DNA from: Paecilomyces variotii
Taxonomy: Eukaryota
Assembly (NCBI GenBank): GCA_004022145.1
Contig: RCNU01000010.1
DNA: 64,000 bases
Strand: one strand, 5' to 3'
The translations under genes and the position numbers were made by a program. This document shows positions 13,451-26,157 of this stretch, piece after piece (positions within the stretch are counted from its first letter, which is position 1; each line of letters opens with the position of its first letter). The notes under the pieces were generated by a model, which worked only from the letters and a program-made list of their open reading frames with translations, was not told where the DNA came from and did not search any database.

Positions 13451-16400
13451 GAAATCTGGGGAAGATGAACAGATCGATAAGAGTAGTCCATCATTTCCAC
13501 CCTTTGGGAAGAAGGGAAGAGCGGTGCGACGCCGTAGCCAGAGAAAGTGTGAGAGAGAGATAATGATGCCAACTGACATCCAGCAATGATGTATTAATGA
13601 ACCCCTTTCTTTTCACCTACACACATCTTGTCACCCATAGCACCAAGGAATCATACGTTGTGTAACAATATTCTGACCATGATCGCGGATAAAAAAGAAA
13701 CCACCCGCTTCGGGAAAGGGGATTGTTGCCTCGGGGCGCCCGTATCAGGAAAGTATGTACGAAATTCTTCCAGGCTATCAAAACCAATCTCCGTTTTCCC
13801 AGGCTTTGCGCAAATAAGGAGAAAGTCTCTTTTGAACCAGTTCCAATATCAGCAGTAGTATTGTTCAATGTTCAGCATTTGTTCATCTATTATTATTGTA
13901 CTGTAGTAGTTAGTTAACCTTCTTTTCGATGTCCTTTCTTTACATTTTCCACGCTAGCAGGGTCTAACTATCAATGTGGGGAGTCTGACTGTTAACTAAT
14001 CTGGTAGGTATGTAATTGCAGAAAATGGAATTTAACCGACTGGAGTTTTGGTAGTTGGTTAATAGTCTGCATTGTGTGTAGAATTGATGTTCTCACTGAT
14101 CCCAAATCGGAGCAAGGATGGCGAGGCTGCGAGAATAATAGGAATATAACCATTTATATCTACAGCTATTTCCTCTCCATCCTACTGTATTTCAGTCCCA
14201 CACTTCAATGTCCCCACCACATTGTACTCGAGCAAAGTGGGAGAAATAATGTCGCTGTAATGCCGATCAGCAGAACAGAATGACATAAGTTGAGTTACTG
14301 AGCCCAAAATCGAAGGGGGGTTTTTGACCGCGTGGGAATACCATAATGACTATCGGATCGGCCAGTGTGCCGCACGTTTGCTTCGTCGTGGGGGTGCCGT
14401 GGTGGCGACCTATTAGGCTGAGAAGGCCCTGGCGAAAGAGTGGGATGGATGTTTGAAGTAATACGGTATGCTAGATGCTGCATCATGTAGCTAACTAGTA
14501 TGTATAATTAACGAGTCATGAGCAAGTATGCCAAGTAGTACGGAGTATTTGATGATGGAGGAGAGGAAGATCCCATCCGATACGATCACTAGCCGCTGGT
14601 TTGAAATGCCTCACTGCGCACCATCCTTGCCTTCCACGTGGTGGGCGCATCCGGTGAGCAGAGGAGAAACAACTGTATTACGGCGAAGCCGGGCTGTACA
14701 ACATAATATCCAACACTGGGGGAGTACGAGACCACCGGGGTTGGATCTACACTACACTACTACTATGGATCATAGGTACCTACACAGCGGCAGCTAACGA
14801 CTGAGCAAGACTTCAATCGCAAACCTTCCAGAATCAGACCGGTGGCAGGCCCAAAACCCACCAACCACCGTTAACCCCGCTGTCTTTCTCCAACATCAAT
14901 AGCCGCTAGACATACGCCGATTCAAGAAATCGATCCCGCCTGATGAAACGCAAACCACGCACTGCTTCAGCAAGGATTTCATGTGGGAGAAGCAGCAGCA
15001 AACAGTGATATGAGTGGAAGACCTGGAGAATGACAGACGAGGGATGCCTGTATGGTACTCTGCCATATGGAGATAGATCGGTTCAATCGAGTTCCTCGAT
15101 GGACATTGTCCCGGATCCAATCGGCTATCGAGTTGTAACATAACCAACAGAACGAACGGCTAAGCGCATTGCCAGTCTGTTGGCAACAAATCACATTCCC
15201 TGTTCTCTGGCATCCCCATGTCCTTGCCTTGCGACGATGCAGGTCGATATGTCGAGATCAGACGGTCCGGTCGACTTGTTCATGGATGTACAGTACAGTA
15301 GGATGACATCCGCGCCCGTTGAATAGTTATGTCTCCGCGATCTCTCCGGTAGTCTGAGTGACTTAAGACAGTTCAATCCTAATAATAATAATAATGGCGG
15401 GGTCTAAACGTCCGACGAGGAGACCGTTGCGGCAGATGGCCGTGGTTCAGTGGCGCGGAAGAGAAAGTCACCGATTGTCCACGACCATTCAGTTGGATGA
15501 GAGCACCGCGAGATGGAAAGTTCTACGGTAGCTCTCCAGCGTGCCACTTCGCTGTGCATGGCGTCTGTTAGCTGGTGGAGTCGCCCAGAGATAACTAGGG
15601 ATTAATTAATAACCTAGCCTCATGTTATCGGCCATGCGACGCCGCCACCACGCTGTCTGTCCACAGTTCGCACTGCCCAGACCGTGCGGAACTGGGAACG
15701 GAGGCTGGTTCGGTTGCCTCCAACGCTGTACCTTGAAGCTAAGTAACTTACTCGAGAACTCATCCAATTCGCTGTGGAGGAACAGAACCTGTACCATAAG
15801 TGTAAGCAGAAAAGAATCCGAGCGCAGTTCAACAATATATCTAACCGCCGCACATGAAGTAGTAGTAATAAGTAACGGCTCGTGTTGCCAGGGATAGTAC
15901 TAACAACTAACACTAACACTCTAGACGCTCCGTCTCCATGATCGCAAATAATAAAAATAACCATACTACTACAAAAATAATAATAAATGACATTAACTAG
16001 TTCCCCTCAGTACGGAGCTGCGTACCATAGACGTCGTTAAGTCCGATTCCCCCATCTGTGCCCGCGCCAGCCTCGACGCTTAGCGGCGTCTCGTCCAACC
16101 GGCCGTTCCCCAAATCGCTCCAACCCGCCCTTCCTCGCTGGTCATACAGCTCCTCTCGTTCATTCTTCCTTTCCTTAACTTAACTGCCCTCTTTGCTGCG
16201 AGTCAATTACTCGTCTTATCGTTTCCTCCTGTATTCGCCGTTGTCTCTCGTTGTATGTACGTGGCCCAGGCTTCCATCCCGAAAATTGCATCTTTCGCCG
16301 CCACGGCCTCTTACTCAGCCCTTCTACAACGAACACTGCTCGCGCCTTGCACGGTAATTCTCGGAAGCGTACGTTGCCGTTGACGCCAGGACACTCCGGA

Positions 16401-16631
16401 CACTATCGCAGACGCAACCGACTCAGAAGCTGTTGTTGATACTTGCATTTGGTGCTGGGTAGTGACTTGGGTCGCTTGGTTGGTTCAGGAACCCGGCCGC
16501 CGATTTACACTTTACCGTCTGCAATCGGCAGTGCTGCGGCCGTACGTCCTGGAGCCAACTGGTGGTTCCAGTACTTCCCTGCGGCGATTGCCGATTGAGG
16601 CTCATGGTGGACTCTTTTTGGATATATCAAC

Positions 16632-19195
16632 ATGAGTTTCCTTAGGAACTTGAGAGGCAATGGTGTAAGTGCTGCATCGCCCGTCGGAGGAACTGCATTG
16701 CATCGGATCGCATACACCACACGGAGCGCTTCAGACAACGCCGGAATGTCGCAATCAAGTTAAACTTATGGAGCAACATGAGACAGTTTGGCTGATAGCA
16801 CTCTGCAGGGTAACTCAAATCCCAGTGTCGGACCAAGTCCGCCGAAAAAGGATTCCACAGCGCCACAGATAACGCCTCTAGAGAGGATGCTGCAGGATGT
16901 GGAAGGACCTGTAAAAGAGGATGGGAGCGACAAGTTCTTCGGGATGGAAAATGTGAGTGCTCTTCCAAGACGATCTACCACTTCAGGAACGATGGAGACT
17001 AATGCAGCTGTGACACCAGTATGGCAATACATGGTATGCATGCCTCAGATCTTCTTGCCCCGTTGTTCTATCACTAATGCGCATTGTCCTTCAGCTACTG
17101 TAACTCGATCCTACAATGTCTATACTACTCGGTCCCTTTTCGAGAGTCCGTGATCAACTACCCGAAGCGCACTCCCATAGACACTCTCGAAGCGGCTCTG
17201 GCAAAGACCCTGCGGTATCAAACTCCGATTCACGAAGCACACCTGGACGCAGAAGGCGCCGTTACGCGACAACGGGCAACGTCCATGGGACCGTACTCGG
17301 CTCGAAGTGCGGGCGTCACTCCGACCCAGCCACCACCAAAGCCAGAAGATAAAGATTCGCCAGAATACAAGAAGAAGATGGCCATGCAGACCCTGCCTCT
17401 GTTGGAGACAAAGGATAACGCAGCAAGCTATGGGATGCCCGAGTCATTATTCACATCTCTCAAAGATATATTCGAATCCGTTGTCGCAAGCCAGTCGAGA
17501 GTGGGAGTGATCCGGCCCCAACACTTCCTAGACGTCCTAAAACGAGAGCACGAGATGTTCAGATCGGCGATGCATCAAGATGCCCATGAGTTTCTCAACT
17601 TGCTACTGAACGAGGTCGTCGCAAATGTCGAAGCGGAATCTTCCCGATTGGAGGAGGAAAAGAGACTTTCTAATGCAGCTAATGATGACCAAGCGGAACA
17701 CAGCCGTGAGAACGGAGAGCTAACGACATCCAACGTCGCAGGCTCTAGTGGTTCTAAGACTCCAAATACAACCCGATGGGTGCATGAGCTGTTTGAAGGC
17801 ACGTTGACTTCGGAGACCCAGTGTTTGACATGCGAGAAGGTCTCCCAGAGAGACGAGGTGTTCCTCGATCTTTCCGTCGATCTGGATCAGCATTCATCGG
17901 TGACATCCTGTCTGAGGAAGTTCTCTGCGGAGGAGATGTTATGTGAACGGAACAAGTTCCACTGTGACAATTGTGGTGGGCTGCAGGAGGCGGAGAAGCG
18001 AATGAAGATTAAGCGGCTACCGAGGATCTTGGCTCTGCATCTGAAGCGCTTTAAATACACAGAAGACCTGCAGCGATTGCAGAAGCTGTTCCATCGCGTC
18101 GTGTATCCTTACCACCTGCGACTCTTCAATACGACCGATGATGCAGAAGATCCCGATCGCCTCTATGAACTGTACGCAGTTGTCGTCCACATTGGAGGAG
18201 GTCCTTACCATGGACATTATGTTGCCATCATCAAGACACAGGAGCATGGATGGTTGTTGTTCGATGACGAGATGGTAGAGCCTGTGGACAAGAACTTTGT
18301 TCGCAACTTCTTTGGTGACCGACCGGGGCTGGCATGCGCCTACGTTCTTTTCTACCAAGAAACCACTCTCGAAGCCGTACAGCGGGAACAGGAACAGGAG
18401 GGCATGACTCCCACCCAAAGTTCACCTGAGCTGAAAGATCTGTCACTCAGAACGAATGGCATGCCACCGGATCAGGTCCATATATCGCAAGGGCCGCTGT
18501 CGGATGATGCAAACCGTATGCCGTATCTGAACCACATACCGAGTGCGCCGCCCCTTTCCACGCCTGCTGAGCAGCCTGTGTATCCGACTGCTCCTCCCAT
18601 TCCCCCATCTTCCCCAGGTCCTGCCAGGCCTCTGAACGTGAAGAAGAGTGATCTCTTGAAGAAAGAGAAGAAGGAAGAAAAAGAACGGAAAGCCGCGGAG
18701 AAAGCTGCCGAGAAGGAGAAGGATAAAGCTCAAAAGCTACGAAGGAAGGAGGACAACAAGCGCGAAGAATCTGAGCTGAAAGCTGCGCTCGAGGCCAGTA
18801 AAGCCACCAAAGCTGATGAGGACAAACGAAATGCAGCGGAGACCGACAAGGACAAAAGCAAGGAGAACGGCCATCCAAAGAACCTGTCACACGGGTTGGG
18901 GAGATTCAAGCGCGGCAGCAAGACCATTGGCCATAAGCTGGTAAAGGAGAAAGATCGCAGGATATCAAGCGACCTTGTACGCTTGGAAGAAGGCAAGGCT
19001 GCTGCTGGGCCTGACTCGAACCCTATGGAGGAACATCCACCGCGACAAGAGACTTTGCTGAAGAATCTCGCCCGCAGTGAGGACCACGAACTTCACAAAC
19101 CGGAATCGCCCAAGCTGAAGCACGAAAAGATAAGTCATGGCAAGTGGCGGGGCTTCGGCGGCCTGAGAAAGAAATCCTTCAGCATCCTCTCATAG
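16632..19195 (+). CDS. creB: Ubiquitin C-terminal hydrolase CreB (USP family); exons 16632-16664, 16809-16952, 17020-17033 and 17095-19195
   Basis: Spliced Cys box GMENYGNTCYCNSILQ; HQDAHEF; His box [14 protein letters not shown]; Lys/Glu-rich C-terminal coiled coil. Confidence 0.93.
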
Positions 19196-20074
19196 ACGCG
19201 GTCTCCATTTTCATCTATTCTCCCGAACTCTGCGCATATACTTCCATTCTCGACCTCTCGTACATATCGACACACATCTTATTTATTTCTATCACTCGCG
19301 CAGATCATTTTGGGGATGTTTCGTGATGGCCGTGCGCATGAAACATGCTCCCTGTAGACATGTCACAGGCACTGTCGATTGTTCTTGATACCCAAACGCT
19401 GGGTCTCGATTTTCTGGCGCTCAAGGCGTTTCCTTTTTTTGGTTTCATCGGGTCGCATATACAGTCTCACCCGCAAAACATTCTGGGGTCAAAGGAGGGT
19501 TTCATTATCATATGATCCTTGGCGGATCGAGCATATTCTTTTTGTTGTCTTTGTTCATTACTAGGGAAAAGGAAACAGGCCCATGGACAGGCCCATGCAT
19601 CTCTTCTGTTTTGGTTTTCCCTTCTATCTCGGGCAGATAATTGGCCATTTGCTACTCAACTTGCTTTATTGGACATGTGACTTATATCTTTTAGCCATTT
19701 ATTTCTTCTCCTGCCCATGTCTCAATTGGGTTCGAACATGGTGCGTGTACACAGTTGAAAAATAGAAAGAAGATCAACATGATAGCATATCCTTGCGATC
19801 TTGAGGATTTCATGATGTCATAACATATACACCGTATTTTTCCACAGAGAGATAGGCGTTGAACAAAGAAACCAGTGTCCAAGGTGCTCGTTTCATTATG
19901 CGCAATATTTATCCGACATATTGTTGTAATCCGACGACGCAAGTCAATGGGTCGAAACTTATTCTGCCCATTTATTTTCCTTTTTCACCTACACCGTCCG
20001 CTGGAAACGTTTAGACTTTCAATCCTTTCGAATGTTTAAAAAAGAAAATAACAAGATGATCAGGGCAAAAGACC

Positions 20075-20639
20075 TCATCCCAGAATCAACTCGTACACGA
20101 TAATAATTGTATTTATTGCGATTAGGGGTACTATTTATCGTCACAAGAACAGTTAGCTTCAGCTCCTATCAAGATTCATTTCTTGATTTTAATCCATCAC
20201 CAAGAAAGCAACAAACATGTAAACAGATGGGTATAACGTACTCCGCATAACGGTTCTCACGCTCGCAATTAGATTCACGGACTTGGCTTTGATGCTCGTG
20301 CCATCGTACGCGCCGCCAAAACCGGGTTCGGATGCTTGTGTGCGGCCCCAGCCGACTGGATCGGATCGGTCAGTTATTGATGTTTCGATTATTGTGTGTG
20401 GTGAGAGGATAAGGAGAGGGGAGAAGAAGGAGGCAGGGTTAGTTAGTCACGACGACGTACTTCGTGCGAGGAAGCGGTCTTCGGAGAGGATAGAGACTGC
20501 GTTGAGGAGGAGGACGATTACTGCGTGGGAGAAGGAAAGGAGTTAGTCTGTTTGCCTTATAAGAGACATGCAATATACATGGCGTTTGTGGAGTTGGAAG
20601 CGTACCATATACGAGTTTCCCTAGGCCGAAGAGCAACAT
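20075..20639 (-). CDS. YOS1: Yos1 ER/Golgi transport membrane protein (4 short exons: 20639-20606, 20520-20461, ~20355-20242, 20130-20075)
   Basis: Spliced product MLLFGLGKLVYVIVLLLNAVSILSEDRFLARIGW...NLIASVRTVMRIPLIAINTIIIVYELILG matches the Yos1 signature. Not visible as one ORF in the track. Confidence 0.92.
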
Positions 20640-20925
20640 CTTGCGATATGTTCTGGGGTGTTCTTTTTGTTCTTTTGCCTGGGTTGTTGATGGAGAGGTG
20701 TCTAGAGAGGGGATTTCCTTTCTCAGAGTAATGTGAGGAGTACCTAGGTCGTGTATGGAGTACCTGGTTCCTGAATCTTGCGGATGTTCTACCGAAGCAG
20801 CCAAGTTGGCGTTGACTTGTTCTGTTCTGCCGGCAGCTCAAGGCGGTCGTGTGGGGAGAAGCTGCGGCGAGCTTGTCTGGGCTTCTGAATGAAACAGACA
20901 AACCATTCCCCAGAAATGAGACAAG

Positions 20926-22913
20926 ATGGCAAGGGATTTCGGTACGTTTATTACTTTTTTTTCTTCTTTCTTTCTGAATTTGTCTTGGTGATAATTAATC
21001 CGCTGATATGATTAACTTACTGCTTTTGCCTTGCAGATATTCTACTCCTGGGTTCCATCCCAGCCTTGATCCTTCTCCACCTCTTAGTTTCCCCATACAC
21101 CAAGGTCGAAGAGTCCTTTCATGTGCAGGCGATCCATGATATTGTGACTTATGGCATTCCTTCTGGAAACGCCACTGTATTTTTCCAGAAACATTATGAC
21201 CATTTCTCCTTCCCGGGAGCTGTTCCCCGGACATTCGTTGGAGCATTGGCCCTGTCGGGCATTTCGCGGCCGTTTATATGGTTGAATGAGAATGTCGATA
21301 AGCAGTTTCTCGGTATGGTGATGCGCGGAATATAGAGATTTTTTTCTCTATGTTTGAAGTTAAAGTTATTTATTATCGTGGCTGATCATTTTTCTTGTAT
21401 CCAGCACGAGGATTATTGGGCCTCTTCAATGCCTACGCCTTGCTTACCTATGCCTCTGGTGTGCGTCGAGCATTTGGCAACACTGCGGCCACTTGGTATC
21501 TCCTGTTCCAGGCGAGCCAATTCCATGTGATATACTATGCGTCGCGAACGTTGTCGAATATGTTTGCTTTTGGTATCAGTACGTCCCCTGTTCGCGTTTA
21601 ATTCCATGAAAGAATCATATGGAAATAAGTGTATGTATATGTATACTGACGCGCTTCTAGCCACGCTGGCGTTGGGATACCTTCTTCCTGAACCTATCCC
21701 CCCAGAGCAGTACCGCAAGAGAGCCCGTCTTGCCCTGTACCTCTTAACGATTTCGGGGATCATCTTCCGCTCTGAGATCGCAATCCTCCTCGGTGTCCAG
21801 ACTATTTTTCTCTTCCTCACCGGCCGCATCAGGATCCGCCAGGAGATCGTCCCTGCTGGGTTGTGCGGGTTGCTGATCGGTCTGACCATCACAGTCGGGA
21901 TCGATTCGTTCTTCTGGCAGCAGTACCCCATGTGGCCGGAATTTGAAGCTTTCAAATTCAACGTCATTTCAGGTCAGGCCTCTGCCTGGGGCACCCATCC
22001 ATGGCATTTCTATTTCACCAGCGCGCTTCCGCGGCTTCTCCTCAACCCCATGACCTATGTCGTTTGCATCCCGTTCTCAGTCCTTCATCCTTCAATCCGC
22101 TCTTCATCTCTCTATGTACTCCTGCCTTCCCTCATCTACATCGCTATCTACAGCTTCCAACCCCACAAGGAATGGCGCTTCATCGTCTACGCCGTCCCTC
22201 CCCTAACCACCGCCGCCGCCATCGGGTCCTCATATATCTGGACGCACAGAGCCAAAACCCTCATATACCGCATCCAATGCATACTCCTCATCCTCTCCAC
22301 CCTCTTCGCCTTCACCATCTCCAACCTCGTCCTCCTCCCCGCCTCCTCCGCAAACTACCCCGGGGCCCACGCCCTGAACGCACTTCACAAACACGCCCAC
22401 AACTCCCAACAGGTGATAAACGTCCACCTAGGCAATCTAGCCTGCCAAACAGGCGTGACACGTTTCCTCGAAATGCCCCCTCCAGCATCTCCCCTCTTTA
22501 CCCTCCCGGGCTCCCCAGATGGATCAATCCCATCTCTCCGCAGCGGCAGCACCCGGTGGATCTACGACAAGACAGAAGACAAACAACGCAAAGAGAAGCG
22601 CAGCTTCTGGAGTCTGATCGACTATGCCCTCGTCGAACCACACGAGGAACGTCGTGTGATGGCTAGTTCCAGAGACGGAGATAAATGGCGCGTTGTCGAT
22701 GTCGTAGATGGGTTCGCGGGAGTGAGGGTGTTACGGCCCGGTCAAGCTCCTGAAGGTCATGTGGAAGATGATATCGTTAGGTATGTTTTGGGTGATGAGG
22801 GGGTTAAATGCTGGAATCGGGTACGGGGAATGCTGCGGAAGTACGTGACGAGGGGATGGTGGGTTGAAGTGAGGATGGAGCCGAAGATTACGATTATGAA
22901 ACATGTACGATAG
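20926..22913 (+). CDS. ALG12: Dol-P-Man alpha-1,6-mannosyltransferase Alg12 (GT22); exons 20926-20941, 21037-21312, 21405-21578 and 21661-22913
   Basis: Motifs [38 protein letters not shown] and ACQTGVTRF; multiple TM segments. Confidence 0.94.
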
Positions 22914-23240
22914 ATTGATTGGGAATTATCCATGATTGATTAGATTAATATAGTCACGGAATGGAATAACTAAAAGGGATATATAATATGAATGAAATTC
23001 TGCATGTACAAATTTATTTTCATTTGTTATTTCTTCCCCAAATACTATGTAATATATCGACTCGAATCATAGACATGGGGTATGAAATTCAGAATATGGG
23101 AGGGGGTATTATCTATCTATCTATGTATGTATGTATCCTCCACGCACGACTGGAACAAAATTCATCCTCTTCCACCCCCCTCGCCTCTTTAGAATTATTC
23201 AATCCAGCTTAGAGTTGAGCTAGATTGAATTCAATTCAAT

Positions 23241-24833
23241 TCAATTCCCACCTTCCAACCTCTCCAATCTCTTCTCCAAATCCTTCACCCACGGACCCAC
23301 AACATCGAGATTATTCTTCATCGCCTTCTCTCCCTCCACCACCTTTTCCTCGACAATCTTCAGTCCTTCACGCCACTGCTCAATCTCCTTCTTCATCTCC
23401 ATCTGGCGCGTCTCGAGCTGATCGAGAGACTGACTTGCCTGCGCGGCTCCAGCATGGATAGCGCGTAGCGAGCGCAACCGTTCCAGAACGCTAGGGAGGA
23501 GCGGATGCAGGGACTGAATGGTCGGGAGGGTCGCGTATAGAGCTTGGATCTTAGCGGCTTGTTCGTCGCGTTGGGCTGCGGCTGGGTCGGTTTCCGTCGC
23601 GGAGGAAGAGGTCATGGAGAGGTCGTCTGTCACGTCGATATTGGACGCCGCGATGCGGGCTGCTTGGGCGGCTTTTGCGGCGTCGACGGCGCGTTTGCGA
23701 GCTGTTGCGAGTGCTTCTGCGTCTGCGGTGAGTTTGCGGATGCGCGTTGTCAGGGCCTCGACGTGCGGCGTGGTTACTGTTGTTGATGCCGGAGCGGAGC
23801 CTATCGTGGGCAGCGCGGAGGCTGGAGACGGGCCCAGCAGAGTGCTGGTCAAGGTGGTGAGGCGGGAGGTGAGATGGTCGAGAGTCGGGAGGACGGGTTG
23901 GAGAGAGTCAGAATTTGGGTCTGCGACGAACGGGTTCGAGGAGCTCGAGATGCCCATCGCGGCTTCGATGAGGGCCAGCCGAGCATCGAAGGCGGCAGCA
24001 TGCGCCAGAAGACCGGGTGATGAAGCTGTCACTGCAGTGGCTACAGCGCCATCCTTTGGACTTCCATCTGAAGCATCGAGTTTGGAACCCAGTTTCTGAG
24101 ATAGAATCGCATCCGGACTGAGCGATCCCGATACGGCACCACGCGCAGCAGAGACATGCAGATTATCCAACGCACGACTCAACTCGCGCACACCATCGCC
24201 CACATCTTCCTGTCCTGCATCATCTCCTCCCCCTTTCTTCTCATCAGCGCCTTCAACCTGTCTTCTCTTCTCCAATTCACTCTTCAATTCTTCCGCCTCC
24301 CGTCTCAGACGCGCCAGTTTCCGTTCCAGACTCTCCTCCTCGCCATCGCTGAGATCTCCCAGCTCCTCGGTCCCATCATCGCGTCTCCGTCTTCGACGAC
24401 CTGTATTCTTGTACGCTTTCCGCTTCGTCGCGATACTATCGGAGAAATTGGCCTCGCGCGCATCTACCGTAGCGCCCATGAAATGCGCGCGCGCCTCGTC
24501 GGCGTTGACCCCGTGTCGGTCAATGTCTGAATTCGAACCGGCATCTTCGTCTGAATCGGCCGTGCGGACTGTAGCTGTCTGTTTTATATCATTTTTTTGC
24601 TCAGTGATCTGTCATTGTAGATAGTAGGGTTCTTGTTGTGTATACGCACTGGCAAGGTAGACGCCTCGTCCGTTAAGTCGGGGGTCTCATAGATATCGGG
24701 CGCGAGGTCCTATGTCAACATGGAATGGTTAGCGAATCCATCACGATAAAAAATACTATAATAAAAATACAAATACAACTGCAAAGTGACTCACGAGATC
24801 GGGAAGACCAGCATACTTCTTGTTGAACGCCAT
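23241..24833 (-). CDS. Dynactin subunit 2 (dynamitin/p50, Jnm1-like); exons 24833-24795, 24709-24650 and 24578-23241
   Basis: The N-terminus MAFNKKYAGLPDLDLAPDIYETPDL and ESLERKLARLRREAEEL / LPSVLERLRSLRAIH are dynamitin hallmarks; coiled coils. Confidence 0.88.
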
Positions 24834-26157
24834 TTCTGCTGGTGGAATGGGTTCTTCTTCTTGTTCCAGCTGCGACGCCTTGAGGTTGAGCTGTTCGTTG
24901 TTTTGGGCCCGCGTCGGGGGCACGTGCGGCGGAGGTTTTAGTACTCCGTAGAGAGTCTACATCAAAGGCCAGGCCTCATAAGTTACAAGTTCACAACAGC
25001 CATCCGGACATACATAGTTAACTGATTACTTCAGACAGTCTACCTTGTACACATACATTATCATTGCATTGCTCTCTGAACTTGCAAGACTGGTTCATAG
25101 GACTGTCTTTGGTTAAGATCTGTCCATGTATTGAGGCTTCCTTCCACACAGTGCGTAAGCACATTGCAAACTGTCAATGTACGGCCCAGCTTGCGGAGTA
25201 ATAATACTCAATCATTTATCAAGACAAGAAACGACCTTTTCTGTCCCAAGTGAAGCATTGCCGGCTACATGCGGCTCTGGTCCCGGCACTGCGGACCGTC
25301 TGGGGATGCAGCACCGAAGGCCGGGGAAAATCCGGGGATTCCAACAAGCGCCCTCGGCCTTCTCTCTCTCTCTCACTCCGCGACACCAGAGCTACTACTA
25401 GTACTGAGACAGTCTGAGAGACGTCCAGAAACAACCAGCACCCTAACTCATCTTGCTGATCTTCCCGAGACCAGTTCCTCTTTCGCTGTAGACGCAGCGA
25501 CTCCGTACTGTAAGTAGCCTCGTTCACGGACTTGGTAGACTTACCCACGTTCCGCAGACGCTACACGCTTGGCGGCCAATCATACCTTCCAGATCTCGCG
25601 ACAAAAATCGATGGCTCACGATGGCTCACAATCGCTCTTACGGATTGCGGCCAAACGCGCTCGACTCGCACTCCAGACGCCTCGCTCGACGATCCTGCTT
25701 GGTCATAACTGCCATTGGACCCCCTCCGCACTTGGCCAAGGCTGGGTTCTGGCGCTTCCCCTCCTTTGGGTCCGCCAATGCAATGCCGTGGGATCTACAA
25801 ACCAGTCCGAGATGGTGGTTGCTCCCCGCCGACAGACACCGAGGGACCAAGCGAAAGTTAGATGCGCTGGGTTTCGTCCAGTCTCCCTCGGGCTTCCTCT
25901 CGTCCATGCCGAGGTGAATAACCGATGATGAACGTCCAGACACTTACGAAATGGATCAATATTACCCCACATCGGTGACCCGGTCCATCATTCAGGGGAA
26001 TCGATAACCTAGGTGAATGTGGGGTTGAGGAGCTTTTGCGCCCCCGCTCCTGGAGATGAAAAGATCCTTGGGGCTATATGAATCCCCATAATCGCCAATC
26101 GCACTGGCTCAGGCAGTGTTCTCTCCAACGATACTGCAACACAGCTAGCTAGTAAAC

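Noticed and set aside
13600..15800. Many 60-115 aa ORFs between the F-box-like gene and creB
   Set aside because: No domain signatures or consistent splice models; no transposase remnants or terminal repeats seen.
19575..19597. ACAGGCCCATG direct repeat x2 downstream of creB
   Set aside because: Simple local tandem duplication, with no element between the copies.
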